From Dicyema japonicum (lineage: Eukaryota > Animalia > Dicyemida): 64,000 nucleotides of DNA. The stretch covers positions 823,695 through 887,694 of the forward strand of contig RDEW01000026.1 of assembly GCA_011109175.1 (NCBI GenBank). Direction: 5' to 3'. The notes under the pieces are model-generated. The model did not search any database. It had not been told where the DNA came from and saw nothing but the letters and a program-made list of their open reading frames with translations. Below are positions 1 through 10,759 of this stretch, piece after piece. The translations under genes and the position numbers were made by a program. Position 1 is the stretch's first letter, and each line of letters begins with the position of its first letter.

Positions 1-800
1 TTCAAACCCTCACTGACATCTGAATGTATGATACAGATAATCGTTGTGTTCTCTTTGGTCTTATTGAGGATAAAGAAGGCCCATCCATATTCCTGAGAGG
101 TATGTGGCTTATATTGGCGTAATATTTCATGAACTTGTTAAGACTGTGCTGATCCGTCTGTTGTCTTTTAAAATTTCCTTTTGGGCCAAATTGTTAAATT
201 TCTCTCCATAACCACTGAGCAGATTTCTGAAATGGAAGGGAAGATACTATAGTTTGTCCCATTTGTTAGCTTCAGCTTTTCTAATCCTTTTAGATATTTC
301 GTCTGGGTAAGGAAGGTACGTGTCTTTTCAGGCGATTCCTTTAATTAATGATTTGGTGTTCTGATCGAGGTTTTCATTGTAGAATTTAAATGATCCGGAC
401 CATGAGAATAGTTTTGTTAAAAAATCAGTAGCTTCATCAATTGCGGAGAATATCATGTAAAAGTTTATTAGTGCTTGATCGATGTATTTTGAATAATCAT
501 TCCAGTTTGCTTTTTTATAGTTGAAAAATGAAACAGTCTCTTTTCTGTGATAAAGAACTTTTTGATTCGAATAATGATTGGATTGTGTCGGAAGATAATC
601 CATAATGCACCGTCCGGTACAAGGTTTGGGGAACAGAAGGTAAAGTCTGAGTACGTTGATGCTTCGTTTTCCTTGTAAGGAGTCCTAGTGTGCTTCCTGG
701 GGGTGTTGAGGATAGTCAGAGAGGTGAGTTTAATAAGGATAATCCTCTTGAGTCTGCTGGATGTGATTTTAACCAGGATGTTTAGCATTAAATTGTTCCG
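1..800 (-). mobile_element. Degenerate Jockey/I-like LINE ORF2 (endonuclease-RT linker), running off the left edge
   Basis: Minus-strand fragments include FFNYKKANWNDYSKYIDQAL, typical of the post-endonuclease linker, and RT-like residues toward base 1; many stops and frameshifts. Confidence 0.55.
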
Positions 801-3188
801 TAGTTCATTTTAATAGATTACCTACAAACATCTTTGATTAAAATTCCATTTTCATCAAAATTATAGTTATTTTTAATTCAATAAAAATTTACAACTGTGT
901 TTAACAAATTCAAGACAGCTCACCATTCTGACCAGAATTATTTTGGGTAGATAGCCATAAATTTTCTACATTTTGCATAGGAAGTAAAACGATATCCAAT
1001 ATTCTCAAACAAACATTAGTTAGTAAGTTAAAAGCTCCTTCGCGTAGCCCTAAATGGGTTTCGCTTGAGTCACGCTTTACAGCCATCCTCCTCGCCCACG
1101 CCATCTTGTTTCTGAGCTTCAGAAAGATTCTTCCATTATTCTTTTACACGGCGTAGTCGGGTCCAGTCTAAGAATATGTCCAAATAGTTGACATCTAGAT
1201 AGAATAACGTCATGATAACTTGGTTTAAATTTACATAGAGAACATATAGTTTCTCGTTTGAGATTTTTCTGCCAGAAGATTCTAGTCAGTATGCGCAGTT
1301 GGCTTCTGTGGAAAGTGTCAAGCCTCTCTAAATCGTTTTTCGAGGTTCCCCATGTTCCTGAATTGTATATCAGTATTGGATTAATAAACGTGTCGTATAA
1401 TCTGACACGAAATTTTAGTGAAACACCTTTTTTATAATCCAGATGATGTACATTTTTTGAAGTATATGGTGCCAGCATTTTCCTTCGACAAATATCCTCG
1501 GCGTCACCTAGTAGTGAGCCGAGTTTTTTTGCATGCCTCCAGAGTTCGTCATTTTTTGACTTGGCTAGTTCGATTCCTGTGTAGTCCGTTTTTGTAATAT
1601 TTATGTGCAGATCCCATTTATTTAAAATAATTTCGACTTGACTAAAAATTGGTCAAATGGACTTTTCTGGTCACACAAAAAGTCTACATCATCCGAGTAT
1701 AACAATTCAATTATATCTTTGTATTTAGAACCCTTCTCAGCTCCTGAGGGTAGCTTCGAAGGTATATGATGAATAGAATTGGGGATAAGGAAGTACCTTG
1801 TGTTCCCATGTTGGTGCTGAAATCTGAATGCTTAGTTCCTATTCTACGGATAGATCAATTTCAGAAAGTAATATACTTATTAGTCTCAGGCAGTTTTCGT
1901 CAGGCAGTTCCTGTAGAATACCCATGAGTTTTTCTCTGTTGAAGTCTTCGTTAGATCAATTCCTTGGATGTAAATGACTTCCTGTAGTTTTGACATTTGA
2001 TGTAAGCTATCGATGACACACGATATCTGAGGTAGACCTTCCACTTCTAAACCCACTTTGACTTTAGGAAAGGTATTTTTCCACTGGCTCTCGTATACGG
2101 TTAAACACTATGATCGATAATGTCTTCCTGATAGTACAAGAATAATAGGCCTTAATCCATCCAATGATTTCTCTTTCCCCAGGTTTGTGTATTGGAATTA
2201 ATACTCCATGTCCTAATGGAAGTGAACAGTAAGTTCCATCGACTCGTTTAATATATCGTGATTAATTCCGATTAATAACCGGAGCATGTTTTAGTAACTC
2301 GCCCGGGATGCCATCATAGGCACCTGAAGATGTATGAATGCATTTGTTACTTCCTTGTAGTTTGTTTGGAATTCCAATAAATTTAGGTATATTCACCCCA
2401 ACTGAATTAAACTGTGCCTCGAAGTGTTTGACAATATGGTTTGCTTTATCCTCTGGGTTTTGTAAATAATGACCGCGTTGTCGCAGATTTTCAGCGGCTT
2501 TTTCGCAGTTCCTCGTGTAAATATTTTCCCTGGTATCCAACAGTCTCAATCGCCGATAGTTTTAAAATATCAAGATATTCCCAAGGTCAATCGAGGGGGC
2601 GCCAGTGGTTTCAACATCCCACAATCGTTTAGAGATATTTTGTTGGTATCTCTTTTGCCAAGTGTCAAAGTTCAACATTTCCACGGCCAAACGTCCATTT
2701 AGAGACGTACTTTTTCTTTTTACTGCCTCGATTCCGAAGTATCGTTTAAGTTTTAACCTGGCAACTGTCAGTTTGTAGTCACTGTCAGTTATCGTTCCTC
2801 CATAACTCCTAGAGTCTGACAGTCTCTTTAAAGAGATTGGGCAGATAGTGTAATCTATTTGGTCATATGTACACGTATAGTCGCCGTCTTTGGACCTTCT
2901 TGTGCCAACCCAAGTGGTTTTGTGCTTTGCAGGGTGTTCAAACGTGATATTGCATAGATACAAATTTGATGAACTACAAAAATAGTGTCCAGAGAGATTT
3001 CGATATCTTCGGGGATGTTTTCCCCGACAGACTTCATTATCCCTTCTCATGTCAGCTTTGGCATTCCAATCACCACATATGAACGTTAGTGTAGATTTAT
3101 GAACTTGCATATGTGTTTTCAACAGGATTTGTAAAATTCGTCCATATTTTTTTGAAACTCTGCTCATATTTTTTTGAGCATTTTTTTT

Positions 3189-3500
3189 AAAGCCTTTTCA
3201 CGAGAGCCATAGTATTTATAGCTCCGCATAGGCAGGACACACATTTTATTTAAGTAAAGAACAGTTAATTTTAACTAATCTTAGAACCAAGGAATCATCT
3301 TCACTTTTTTTCTTTTTCTTGTGTGAGTGTCCTTTCTAGACAATCCAGTTCCGCAGTGAGTATCCACTGATGACGGCGTCACTCGTCAAACCCTTTCTGC
3401 ATCGTAGATGCCTGGAACCTTCCACCAGGTGAACAGCAGCGAAATTCGAACCCGTAGTCTAAGCCACTTAAGCCCGACACCTAACCACTATGCCACCCGG
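3189..3500 (-). mobile_element. tRNA-derived SINE, copy 1
   Basis: Near-identical to 44814-45132; A-box TGGCATAGTGG and B-box GGTTCGAAT on the minus strand. Confidence 0.85.
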
Positions 3501-3509
3501 CTTGCGGAG

Positions 3510-3765
3510 CATATACGTTGACAACTTACAGAGTAACGGAGCATTGGATTTGTGAAGATCACCGAACCGGACCTACGCCTCTTGGGGCCCTTATGAGGCT
3601 AGACTCCAGATCACGGGAAGGTGGCCCTGAAAATTCGTTTATGCGCGGGCGCGAAGGAAGAACACCGGGCAAAGATGAGGTCTCTGTTAGAATGCATGGG
3701 GGATCAAGTGATAATTAGTTTAGTTTTACCGTGGTCTTGGGTTAAATAAAAAAATAAAAAATAAC
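3510..3765 (+). mobile_element. 3' terminal fragment of a Jockey-like LINE
   Basis: Shares CCGRGCAAAGATGAG and the GGGATCA...GTGGTCTTGG + A-rich tail with the LINE end at 9260-9350. Confidence 0.55.
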
Positions 3766-4721
3766 AGTCATCATAGTATTGTTCGTGGGCGATAAACGGA
3801 ATTGCATAACAGCCATACGATCATTGGCTGTCCATACTTTATGTTCAAGTTGATCGCAAAACCAAAACCGTAGTGACGATTATCTGATGGGAGTAGGATA
3901 ATCCGGTAGTTTTCAAAAGTTCTTTCGTATCCAAGCACATTCTTTATCTCTTGTCAGCAACAGGTATCAATTTTGTAACGTGACATATCTTCAGATAGTT
4001 GTTCCCTCTTGATTAGAGATGAGAGGCTTCGATGGTGAACAAAGAGTTTGAATTTAAGCATGATAAAGACATTATTTTTTCCAAGGAAAACAGAAGCACG
4101 TCACCACTTCAACCAACGTAAAGTTTTGTAAATTATAAGTTTCCTCAGCTTTTGTACAACCTACTTACCATTGGCGGATTAAGAATACATTTTTGTTGCT
4201 TGGAAATCTATTTTGACAAGATACTAGCTGAACCTACAGCTCATTGACTCAGGACAAAGTCCATTGAGTTGGAAACCTCAGAAATAAATAAACATAATTG
4301 ATTATAGATTGAACTAGCGGTGATCTATTGTGGAGAGAGTTACAGAAGGGTTGGATGGAGATGCTTGAAAATACTAAGGTCTATTAAGATATTCTTGAAG
4401 AACCGCAAGAGCTCAAATAAAGATAGTGTAAAGCAATTGAAATATAATCAACATAAAAGTCAATAAACATTAGAACGGTAACTCTGAGGCAGTCTCGTTG
4501 CCGTTACAAGCAAACTTTTAAGTGATTTACTGGAAATGAGGGGAGGGGATTATAATTGGATTCCACAATCGTAGAAATTTTTTATCCAAGAACAGGTAAT
4601 TCGAATAAAACCTATAGATCATTAATTTAGTGCATTCTGACATAATTATTTGACCTATTGTTAATAAAATAAAACTTAACAGGAAATCGAGAATTATTTA
4701 GTGATTATCGAGAAATTATAA

Positions 4722-6453
4722 TTATTTGTTAGTAGGGAAAACTAGGTTTAATTTGTCATTTTTAAAATTTTTATTAACTAAGTAAAACACCGACGACAGA
4801 AAGACAAAACTGGAGAAAAAAATTACACAGAAAATTTTGAGCAACTAAATATTAATATTAAAAACCTTGTTTAAATTATTTTTGCTTCTGTTGAACTCAG
4901 TTGCAGATGTAGTTTTTGATATATTTATAAAATTCAAATTTTCTTCAATTTTATTAAACTCAGTTGTAGAGGTAGTTTTTGATATGTTTATAAAATTCAA
5001 ATTTTCTTCAATTTTATTAAACTCATTTGTAGAGGTAGTTTTTAATAATAATAATAAGAGGTAGTTTTTGATATGTTTATAAAATTCAAATTTTCTTCAA
5101 TTTTATTAAACTCAGTTGTAGAGGTAGTTTTTGATATGTTTATAAAATTCAAATTTTCTTCAATTTTATCTAACTCAGTTGCAGATGTAGTCTTTGATAT
5201 GTTTATAAAATTCAAATTTTCTTCAATTTTATTAAACTCAGTTGCAGATGTAGTCTTTGATATGTTTATAAAATTCAAATTTTCTTCAATTTTATTAAAC
5301 TCAGTTGTAGAGGTAGTCTTTGATATGTTTATAAATTCAAATTTTCTTCACTTTTATCTAACTCAGTTGCAGATGTAGTCTTTGATATGTTAAAAATATC
5401 TAATTGAAAATCGAAACCGCGTTCCAGACGCTTTAATGTTTCCGGGTGATCTTTAATAAATGACAAAGAACCAAACTTGACTCACATAATCCGAAATGAC
5501 CTTTACTGGAAACATCTCTCCATTGACCGGTACAAAGGTCCATAACTGCTGCATAAGGAGTTCCAGAGTTCAGCACCCTTTGTTTAACATCATCAGATTC
5601 CCAATTATGATAACCCCCTCCAACGGAGGCATTAATAAATACGCGTTCGGATATAATTCCTGAGTTTATATTTATATAAAATACCACGAACAAAATCATT
5701 CTCTAATTGACTTTCAATCAAGAAAAGGGAAGCATAGTTTCTTTTGCATTCATTGATAATTTCGTGAATATTCTTGTATTGCATTAATATCATATAGATG
5801 CGGCCATGGTAGTAAAAATATTGTACATATTTTCTCGTACCAATATATCCTGTTTCAATGTATTGATGTAACCCTTCATTCTGGGTTGTGTGGCCAAAAT
5901 TATCCACATTGAAAGTCTTGGCTCCAGGAATAATGGTATCTGCAACTAAAAAATATATCAAACTCTTTTCGCACGCAACAAACATCTCCATAAGGTAATC
6001 TCGAACTCGCATTTCTCTAGAACAGGGATCTACAAAAATTCCGTATGTTTTATCGGGATTATATCCGGTTGCACGTCTATAATAAGGCTTGATGATAATT
6101 AAAACTCCTAACCATAGAATATCCATTAAATAAAACATATTTTCCATTCATTATTCGTCCGTCTATCCAGAAACATTTGTTTAGTAGAGCTATTTTAATA
6201 ATTCTAAAACCATACAAGATAAAAACTCAAGTTCAGCTTGGTTATTAATGATCGCCATATAATAGTCATCATCACATGAAAGCCTTATTCGTCCTTGATC
6301 AGATGCAACGTCAGGAATTAAATAGCCATGACCCTCAAAGTTCGCCATTATTTTATTTATTTCTATTAAAAGTATCAAAATTGATTTACCATAATAATAC
6401 CAGTCATTACCAGAACAGTCAAAAAAGAGAATATAAAAGTATAACATTCTCAT
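4722..6453 (-). pseudogene. Double C-type-lectin-like domain type-I membrane protein gene, copy A (stalk disrupted as assembled)
   Basis: Removing GT-AG introns of 27, 26, 25, 18, 25 and 26 nt gives an open frame: signal-like MRMLYFYILFFDCSG; CTLD1 (C..AIINNQAELEFL..FWIDG..VACEK); CTLD2 (CKRNYASLFLIESQLENDFV..YHNWES..GQWRDV..GLCES); a 21-aa repeat stalk; then, after a 21-nt intron, TM LLKIFCVIFFSSFVFLSSVFYLV and a basic tail. Lesions: 1-nt deletion near 5333 and 26-nt insertion at 5044-5069. Confidence 0.65.
4894..5391. repeat. 63-bp tandem repeat, about 7.5 units, encoding INISKTTS(A/T)TE(F/L)(N/D)KIEENLNF on the minus strand
   Basis: AACTCA(G/T)TTG recurs at 4894, 4957, 5020, 5109, 5172, 5235, 5298 and 5360: spacing 63, except +26 (insertion) and -1 (deletion). 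Confidence 0.95.
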
Positions 6454-7139
6454 TGTGAAGCGAAATCTGATTTATAAATGAAATCTATTTTCAGGAATTT
6501 AAAAAATGTGTTCATGAATTCACTTGTTTGTTAACATAATTAGATTGACTGGTCTTTTGATTGACAGGACGGGTCTCTTGATTATTAAAATTATTCTGAG
6601 ACGATTGGGAAGTGAACCAGTTAAGCATCAGTTAAATAAGCGATGATCAATGAATGATCTAAATTTTACTAAGATAGCTAATGTTGTGATCGGTTTCGCC
6701 AAAAGAATCAAATCTCATAAGAATTCTTTCAGAAATTAAAGTGCGATCAGCAATAAATGTGCAAATCCTTCAGAAATAAGTGTGCGATTTTTGCGTTGCT
6801 GCAAATCTAGGTTTCTGAGCACATCTCAGAAGGAGCGAAGTGGAGAAGGTGGAGATTTATGCTGTCCAACAATTTTCCTTGGTTTTAGTGGCCTTTTTCT
6901 CGACTTTTTATGAGACTAAATGACGTGAGACTTTTATACAATGTCCAATGGTTAATAAGAATCCCAAAATTTGAATTTGATAATTATAAATTTAATAATC
7001 AATTTTGTTCTACTTTTTTCAAAAAACATACTGTATTTTTTGCTTTTTTGTAAAAATTTCGCCATTTTCCGGTCGCCATTTTTAATAAAGGTGATCATTG
7101 ATTAAGCAAAATATATCATTCATAAAATTTATTCAAGGA

Positions 7140-7720
7140 CTATGGTTCTCCCTCTTAACTTCAATGTCATGGAGTTCTTGTAGTCAAGATGGAGGCTATT
7201 TGGATATATATTTTTTGTGGACCTAAAGATTTCCCGCAAACGTGGTGATTCCTTAATTAGTCAATTTTTTCGTTAATTGAGCCTCTCATTAGAACTCTTA
7301 CTTGTGTTTATCTCACAAGGAGTCATAATTACATAGAGAAGCATGTATTGAGGTCGAAATATCGATGAGACAGTCTACTCTGCCAGTATATTTTTACTCG
7401 TTCAAGAATCTTATGGTTCACATAATTATGAGGAATCCTCCAAGTTGGGGACACTCTGGTCATGAGGCATCTCACTATTGCCTTATTTTGGAAAAAAGAT
7501 TGTACCAGTCGGGGGAAGAAATTTATTTTATATACTCGCATGCTTTTACCAAAAAGCAGCAAATCTTCAGTTCAGCGGGAGACTTTCCGAATGTGCAAGT
7601 AAAGGAAGTAGCCTGAATTAGTCAAGTGCCTCTTGGAGGTTTTTTTGAAGGTCCATGATAGACTACAAAACCGACGAAACCCATGAACTCTATTTTAGTG
7701 AATGCATACGTGTCAGTTTT
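7140..7720. repeat. Diverged dispersed repeat, paired with about 30520-30860
   Basis: Shared collinear blocks CCCGCAAACGTGG, CAAGTTGGGGACACTCTGGTC / CTAGTTGGGGGACTCTGGTC, CCAGTCGGGG and AGTTCAGCG..GACTTTCCGA. Confidence 0.7.
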
Positions 7721-8039
7721 GTGTCAAAACTAACACTCTAAAGTTTTAGTTTATGACAAAAATCAAGTGGCAAAGCATTTGACCATCTGGGATCGGAAAT
7801 CAAGCTGTATACGAGAAGAATCCTTCCCCCTTATGGAAATTAATCCCTGATATGTACACTGGGATCACTTGTTCCCTTTCTTGTGATTCCAGAGTTAACA
7901 AAATTAAATTGAAAAATCAATGACGAAGGCAATTAGAAGAAGGAAACTAGAATTAACTAATATTTGACATTTTTTATAAAAACCGAAACATTACACTGTG
8001 CCGGACTTATCAGCACTGGAAGTTTGAAACGAAGTTGTG

Positions 8040-9360
8040 ATATGAGGCGATTTGAATGCCAAACACCCTCTCTGGATGCCAAACAAAAGTAACACAATCT
8101 TATGGTCCAGACGGAATTCCCAAGATCCTAATCCTGCTGAAAAACCTAGGCAATGAGGGAATCGGTACCCTGACCAAAATCTACAACTGGTCGATTAATT
8201 ATAACTCAATCCCAAGGATATGGAAACTTGCAAACATTCGCCCAGAATTGAAGCCAGGAAAACCGAAAGAAGACCCAGCTTCCTTCAGGCCTATTTCTCT
8301 CTTGCTCCAAAAATTATGGAAAAGCTCACCCTCGCAAAGAACTCCCGATAAACCGTTCCAGCATGGCTTCATGAAGGATCGGTCCACAACTAGTTTCCTC
8401 ACATCCTTGATTAACTTTATTCGCTTCGGATTTGTGTGCAAGCCAAGACACCAGAAAACTGTGTTATGCTCACTAGATGTCTACAAAGCTTTCGACTCTG
8501 TGCCGAGGAAAAACATAACATGGAAAATCTACCAATCAGATATCCCTGAAAACCTCAAACACTGGCTGAAACTTCCTTAGCGGACGGAGAGGTAGAGTGT
8601 GCATTGGAAACATTCATTCTGTCTCTTGTTTATTCCCAAATGGAGTACCCCAGGGTTCGCCGCTATCACCATTCCTATTCAACCTATTTATGGCTGACAT
8701 TCCGAAAAAATACACATATGGATCGACTACTCGAGTGGTTTAGTGAAAATCGGATGTCAATCAATACCGAAAAATCTGCTACAACTCTCTCAGACAAAAG
8801 ATTGTCGAACAGGACAATAGAAGTTACTGTAGAGGAAGAGCATTGCTGTTCAGGAAATGGCAAAAAATATTGGGTCTAACTTTCGATACGCACATGAACT
8901 TTTCGAGACATGTCACCAACGTGCTGAACAAATGTGAAAAGAAAATCAACCTTCTGAAATGCCTAACAGGTCTATGGAAAATTAGACATCACCCTATACT
9001 TAAAACGCTCTACTCACAGTACATCGAACCATGCACTACATATGCGTGTACATCATGGGAACCACCGACCTCTTATACGAACACTCAGAAATCTCCGCAA
9101 CCCAGAAAAGGGTTTTCAAGCTAACGGAGAGATGGTACACAGGAGAAAACATTAAATCACCGACGCCCATTGAGAAACTAATCGAAAAAAACAAAAATGG
9201 AAATAAGTGTCAAAAAGAAATGCTCGCCCAGAACGAACTTGTGTAGGCTCAAGGAATCAAAACCGAGCAAAGATGAGAGCCTTGATCCAATTCGTCGGGA
9301 TCACTTAGTTTTTTCGGTTTAACAGTGGTCTTGGAATTAATTTTTATTAAAAAAAATTAA
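8040..9360 (+). mobile_element. 5'-truncated, degenerate Jockey/I-like LINE RT with 3' tail
   Basis: RT motifs RPISLL, QHGFMKDRSTTS, LDVYKAFDSV and GVPQGSPLSPFLFNLFMADIP; internal deletions and frameshifts; stem-loop and AT-rich tail at 9296-9360. Confidence 0.85.
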
Positions 9361-9454
9361 TTTAATTTATAACCAACGTTGGTAGACAAAGAGGGCAAAT
9401 AAGACAACCACGTGGTTATTTTACATAAAATCAGAGAAAGAATAATAAAGAGAA

Positions 9455-9763
9455 TTAATCCATATAGACAATGCTGATGGTGTCTCCCTTGAGAAGAACT
9501 CTGCCCAAAGACTTTCTGGATGATGTTTTTGTGTTGAGTTCGAAGGCATCAACCAACACAATGTTCATAAACTCATCAAATCCAACAATATAGCCTTCAA
9601 TACGATGATAAATACTATCTGTTAGGATTACCACTGTCTTGGCTCTCTAATAATATTAACACGTGGGTTACAGTCTGTAGACATTTGAAGAGTTGATTCT
9701 AAATTATTAATAATATAGTACAACCACTGGCTGAATTGATATTTTTTGTACTTTGGTATTCAT
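9455..9763 (-). CDS. SNRPE: Small nuclear ribonucleoprotein E (SmE), 3 exons
   Basis: Spliced MNTKVQKISIQPV|NQLFKCLQT|RAKTVVILTDSIYHRIEGYIVGFDEFMNIVLVDAFELNTKTSSRKSLGRVLLKGDTISIVYMD*; introns 9699-9724 (26 nt) and 9647-9671 (25 nt); matches SmE IEG.I.GFDE.MN.VL and GR..LKGD motifs. Confidence 0.93.
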
Positions 9764-10759
9764 CAAAACAACACGAGAACAGTTATTTTCAAAATTGTAT
9801 CTTTTTTAAATTAATTAAATTTAATTAAAAAAATACTAAAAACAAATTCACTCTTTAATGGACATTCTGGTAAACATGGCTCTTCTACGGTGTGAACATT
9901 ACTTCTCTCTACCTACATATGTACTTAAACTGGATGAAGCGGGAAGATGTCCTCTGTTTCTTTTGACTTCCCTGAGTTGACAGGAAATCACTTATTAAAA
10001 GTCCTGAATTTCTACGATGTCCGTCTCCTACTCCAAAGTTGACCGATCTATGGGCTGCGTCCTACTTAATAGCCGCTAGTCTCCTATAGGTTAGTAAGGC
10101 CAGGGTTATTAACTAACTAGAAACTTGTAGTGCTTACTTAACTAGTATGGGAACCTTAGAAGCAAAAAATTCGTCCCACTAGATTAAATCCTCTTTCAGG
10201 TTATTAAATTGTTCCAAAGACCAAGAGTAAAATCAAACTAACTAATCCCGTGACCTTGACGCGTTCCAGTAGAACCCTCATGCACAGTGATCCTCAGGAC
10301 ATTGTCGGGGAAGCTGTGGTCGATGCTAGAACTCCTCGTCAGGAGTCGAAAGTCTGCCGTTGGGATGAATAGATGGATCCTTTGTCGGCCAAACATTGAA
10401 CTTCTCATGAGTAAGATGGATTAGATGACGTTACTAGGGGAAGGATGAGAAATTCTCAATCAAGTAACCACATACAACGCGGCTTATTGGTGATATGAAG
10501 TAAATAAGGAAGCCCAATTCTTTAAATTATTCACGTTTGATTGTACAATTTTTATTTTCATATAACAAACTGAATGTTGTCAAATTTTTAAATTTATTAA
10601 AATAAATGAAATCACAAATTAAAACGAACCACAACACAAAAAATGATAAACAACTGAGAGAGAACTATAATTTCCCAGTTGTTGGGAGACGGTCCCTATC
10701 TTAGAAGATCCCTAGGATTCAACATATTAAAATTGTAAAAAGACAGTGAAATACAAATA

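Larger units (their letters stand above)
910..4125 (-). mobile_element. Decayed RTE-clade LINE interrupted at about 3189-3765 by nested insertions
   Basis: Endonuclease motifs (RHYGFGFAI at about 3.8 kb; GDWNAK, HKTTW, QIDY in ORF 2562-3167) and RT C-terminus (ILIYNSGTWG, QLFGHILR in 1119-1478) are collinear with the RTE at 41.4-44.7 kb; shared 5'UTR motif near 4100-4125. Confidence 0.8.

Noticed and set aside
3360-3410. Hammerhead ribozyme in the SINE antisense strand (CTGATGA + stem)
   Set aside because: The required GAAA after stem II is absent in every copy (CAAA/TAAA), and stems I and III could not be formed.
4894-5391. CRISPR-like array
   Set aside because: Units are contiguous 63-bp copies with no unique spacers, lie in a eukaryotic exon, and no cas genes are present.
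5632-6147. ORF-track start MENMFYLMDILWLGVLIII as a signal peptide
   Set aside because: It arises from an out-of-frame exon plus a 25-nt intron; the spliced frame FWIDG..YSM|PYY fits the lectin pattern and joins upstream exons.
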